Shown here in pieces: positions 63,201 to 64,000 of a stretch of 64,000 nucleotides of DNA. The translations under genes were made by a program, and so were the position numbers. Source of the DNA: Chara braunii (lineage: Eukaryota > Plantae > Charophyceae); assembly GCA_003427395.1 (NCBI GenBank), contig BFEA01000017.1, positions 2,042,052-2,106,051 on the forward strand, given 5' to 3'. Under the pieces are notes generated by a model. That model worked only from the letters and a program-made list of their open reading frames with translations, was not told where the DNA came from and did not search any database. Numbering within the stretch: position 1 is the stretch's first letter; every line of letters starts with the position of its first letter.

Positions 63201-64000
63201 TACAAGAAACAAAATTTGGAACAAAGAAATTGACGAACATTCAGAACTGGTGGGCGGGTCCACGGATCTGGTCTTCCGTAGAGGGAACCAAAAGGGACGT
63301 GACCATCTTATTAGATAAAAATCTAGAAGTGGGTGTCATTGAAAGTTGTACAAGTCATTGAAAGGACGTTGGGCTTGGGTAAATTTAGCCATAGCAGAGG
63401 AAGACTGGACTGCAATGACAATTTATGCCTTAGTAAACTACTCTACTACGACCAACTTTTTTGTCGACCTCCTCAAAGTTATCCGTGACACCGAAAATCT
63501 TCTTTTGTTGGGTGATTCGAATTGTGCGATCAATCCGGGGCTTGACTCTCCCACCCCGTGTCCTATAAGAAATGATGCACATTGACTGAATTCCTTTATA
63601 GAGGTACACTCTTTTATTGACATATATAGAACGATACACCCTGATGATTTTGGTTTTACTTGACAGAGCTCTTGACCAGCCAAACGCGTGCCCCAACCAA
63701 AGAGGCGCTTTGACTTCATTTTGGCCAGGGGAGATCCGTCGGAACGATGCATGTGGGCAGATATCATTATTGCTACAGGATCAGCCACTACCCAGTTGCA
63801 ATGGACATGATATTTAAGGAGGTGGTGGAAAGACAGGGACCCACTTTTAAACTCAACGTCAAGATGATGAAGGACCCTGAAGGACCTTGGCATCCCTCAA
63901 TGGATAAATGCGCAGATGAAGGACTGACAAGTAGCCAAAGACTTGTTTATTAATCAAAATGATTGCGTGGATGTGGGCATTGGCATCCTACAGGCCGCCA
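60290..64000 (+). mobile_element. L1/Tx1-like LINE 5' part: disrupted ORF1 and ORF2 endonuclease start (ATG 63072), runs off the window
   Basis: ORF1 has WCRVCRQHFH (CCHC-knuckle-like), a disordered linker and an IPLIC domain. ORF2 reads MSLPNRIRLATWNVQGLG, LQETK, GRWAWV, LLLGDSN, similar to the lineage-B endonuclease. Confidence 0.88.

Overview
This is a repeat-dense eukaryotic scaffold region with 5 N-gaps and 4 Nextera junction-adapter remnants. Its TE style resembles a streptophyte alga such as Chara, but that is inference only. Nearly all of it is decayed or nested mobile DNA: two DUF659/hAT-like transposase relics (the first split by a 3.7-kb TG...CA insert with a CCGT target duplication), five disrupted L1/Tx1-like LINEs from two lineages (FADD- and LADD-type RT), LTR gag remnants, several MITE/SINE families and many microsatellites. 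The only convincing intact non-TE gene is an intronless GH46 chitosanase homologue (29087-29869, minus). Both of its catalytic acids are replaced by Asn, making it a candidate horizontally acquired pseudo-enzyme, and three decayed tandem copies of its own 3' end follow it. Other notable patterns are a structured 3' RNA module shared by divergent LINEs (also built into a fold-back element), a possible degenerate Nudix-fold domain in LINE ORF1, and an SH3/KOW-like insert in ORF2. All homology calls were made by eye from remembered family motifs; no searches were run.
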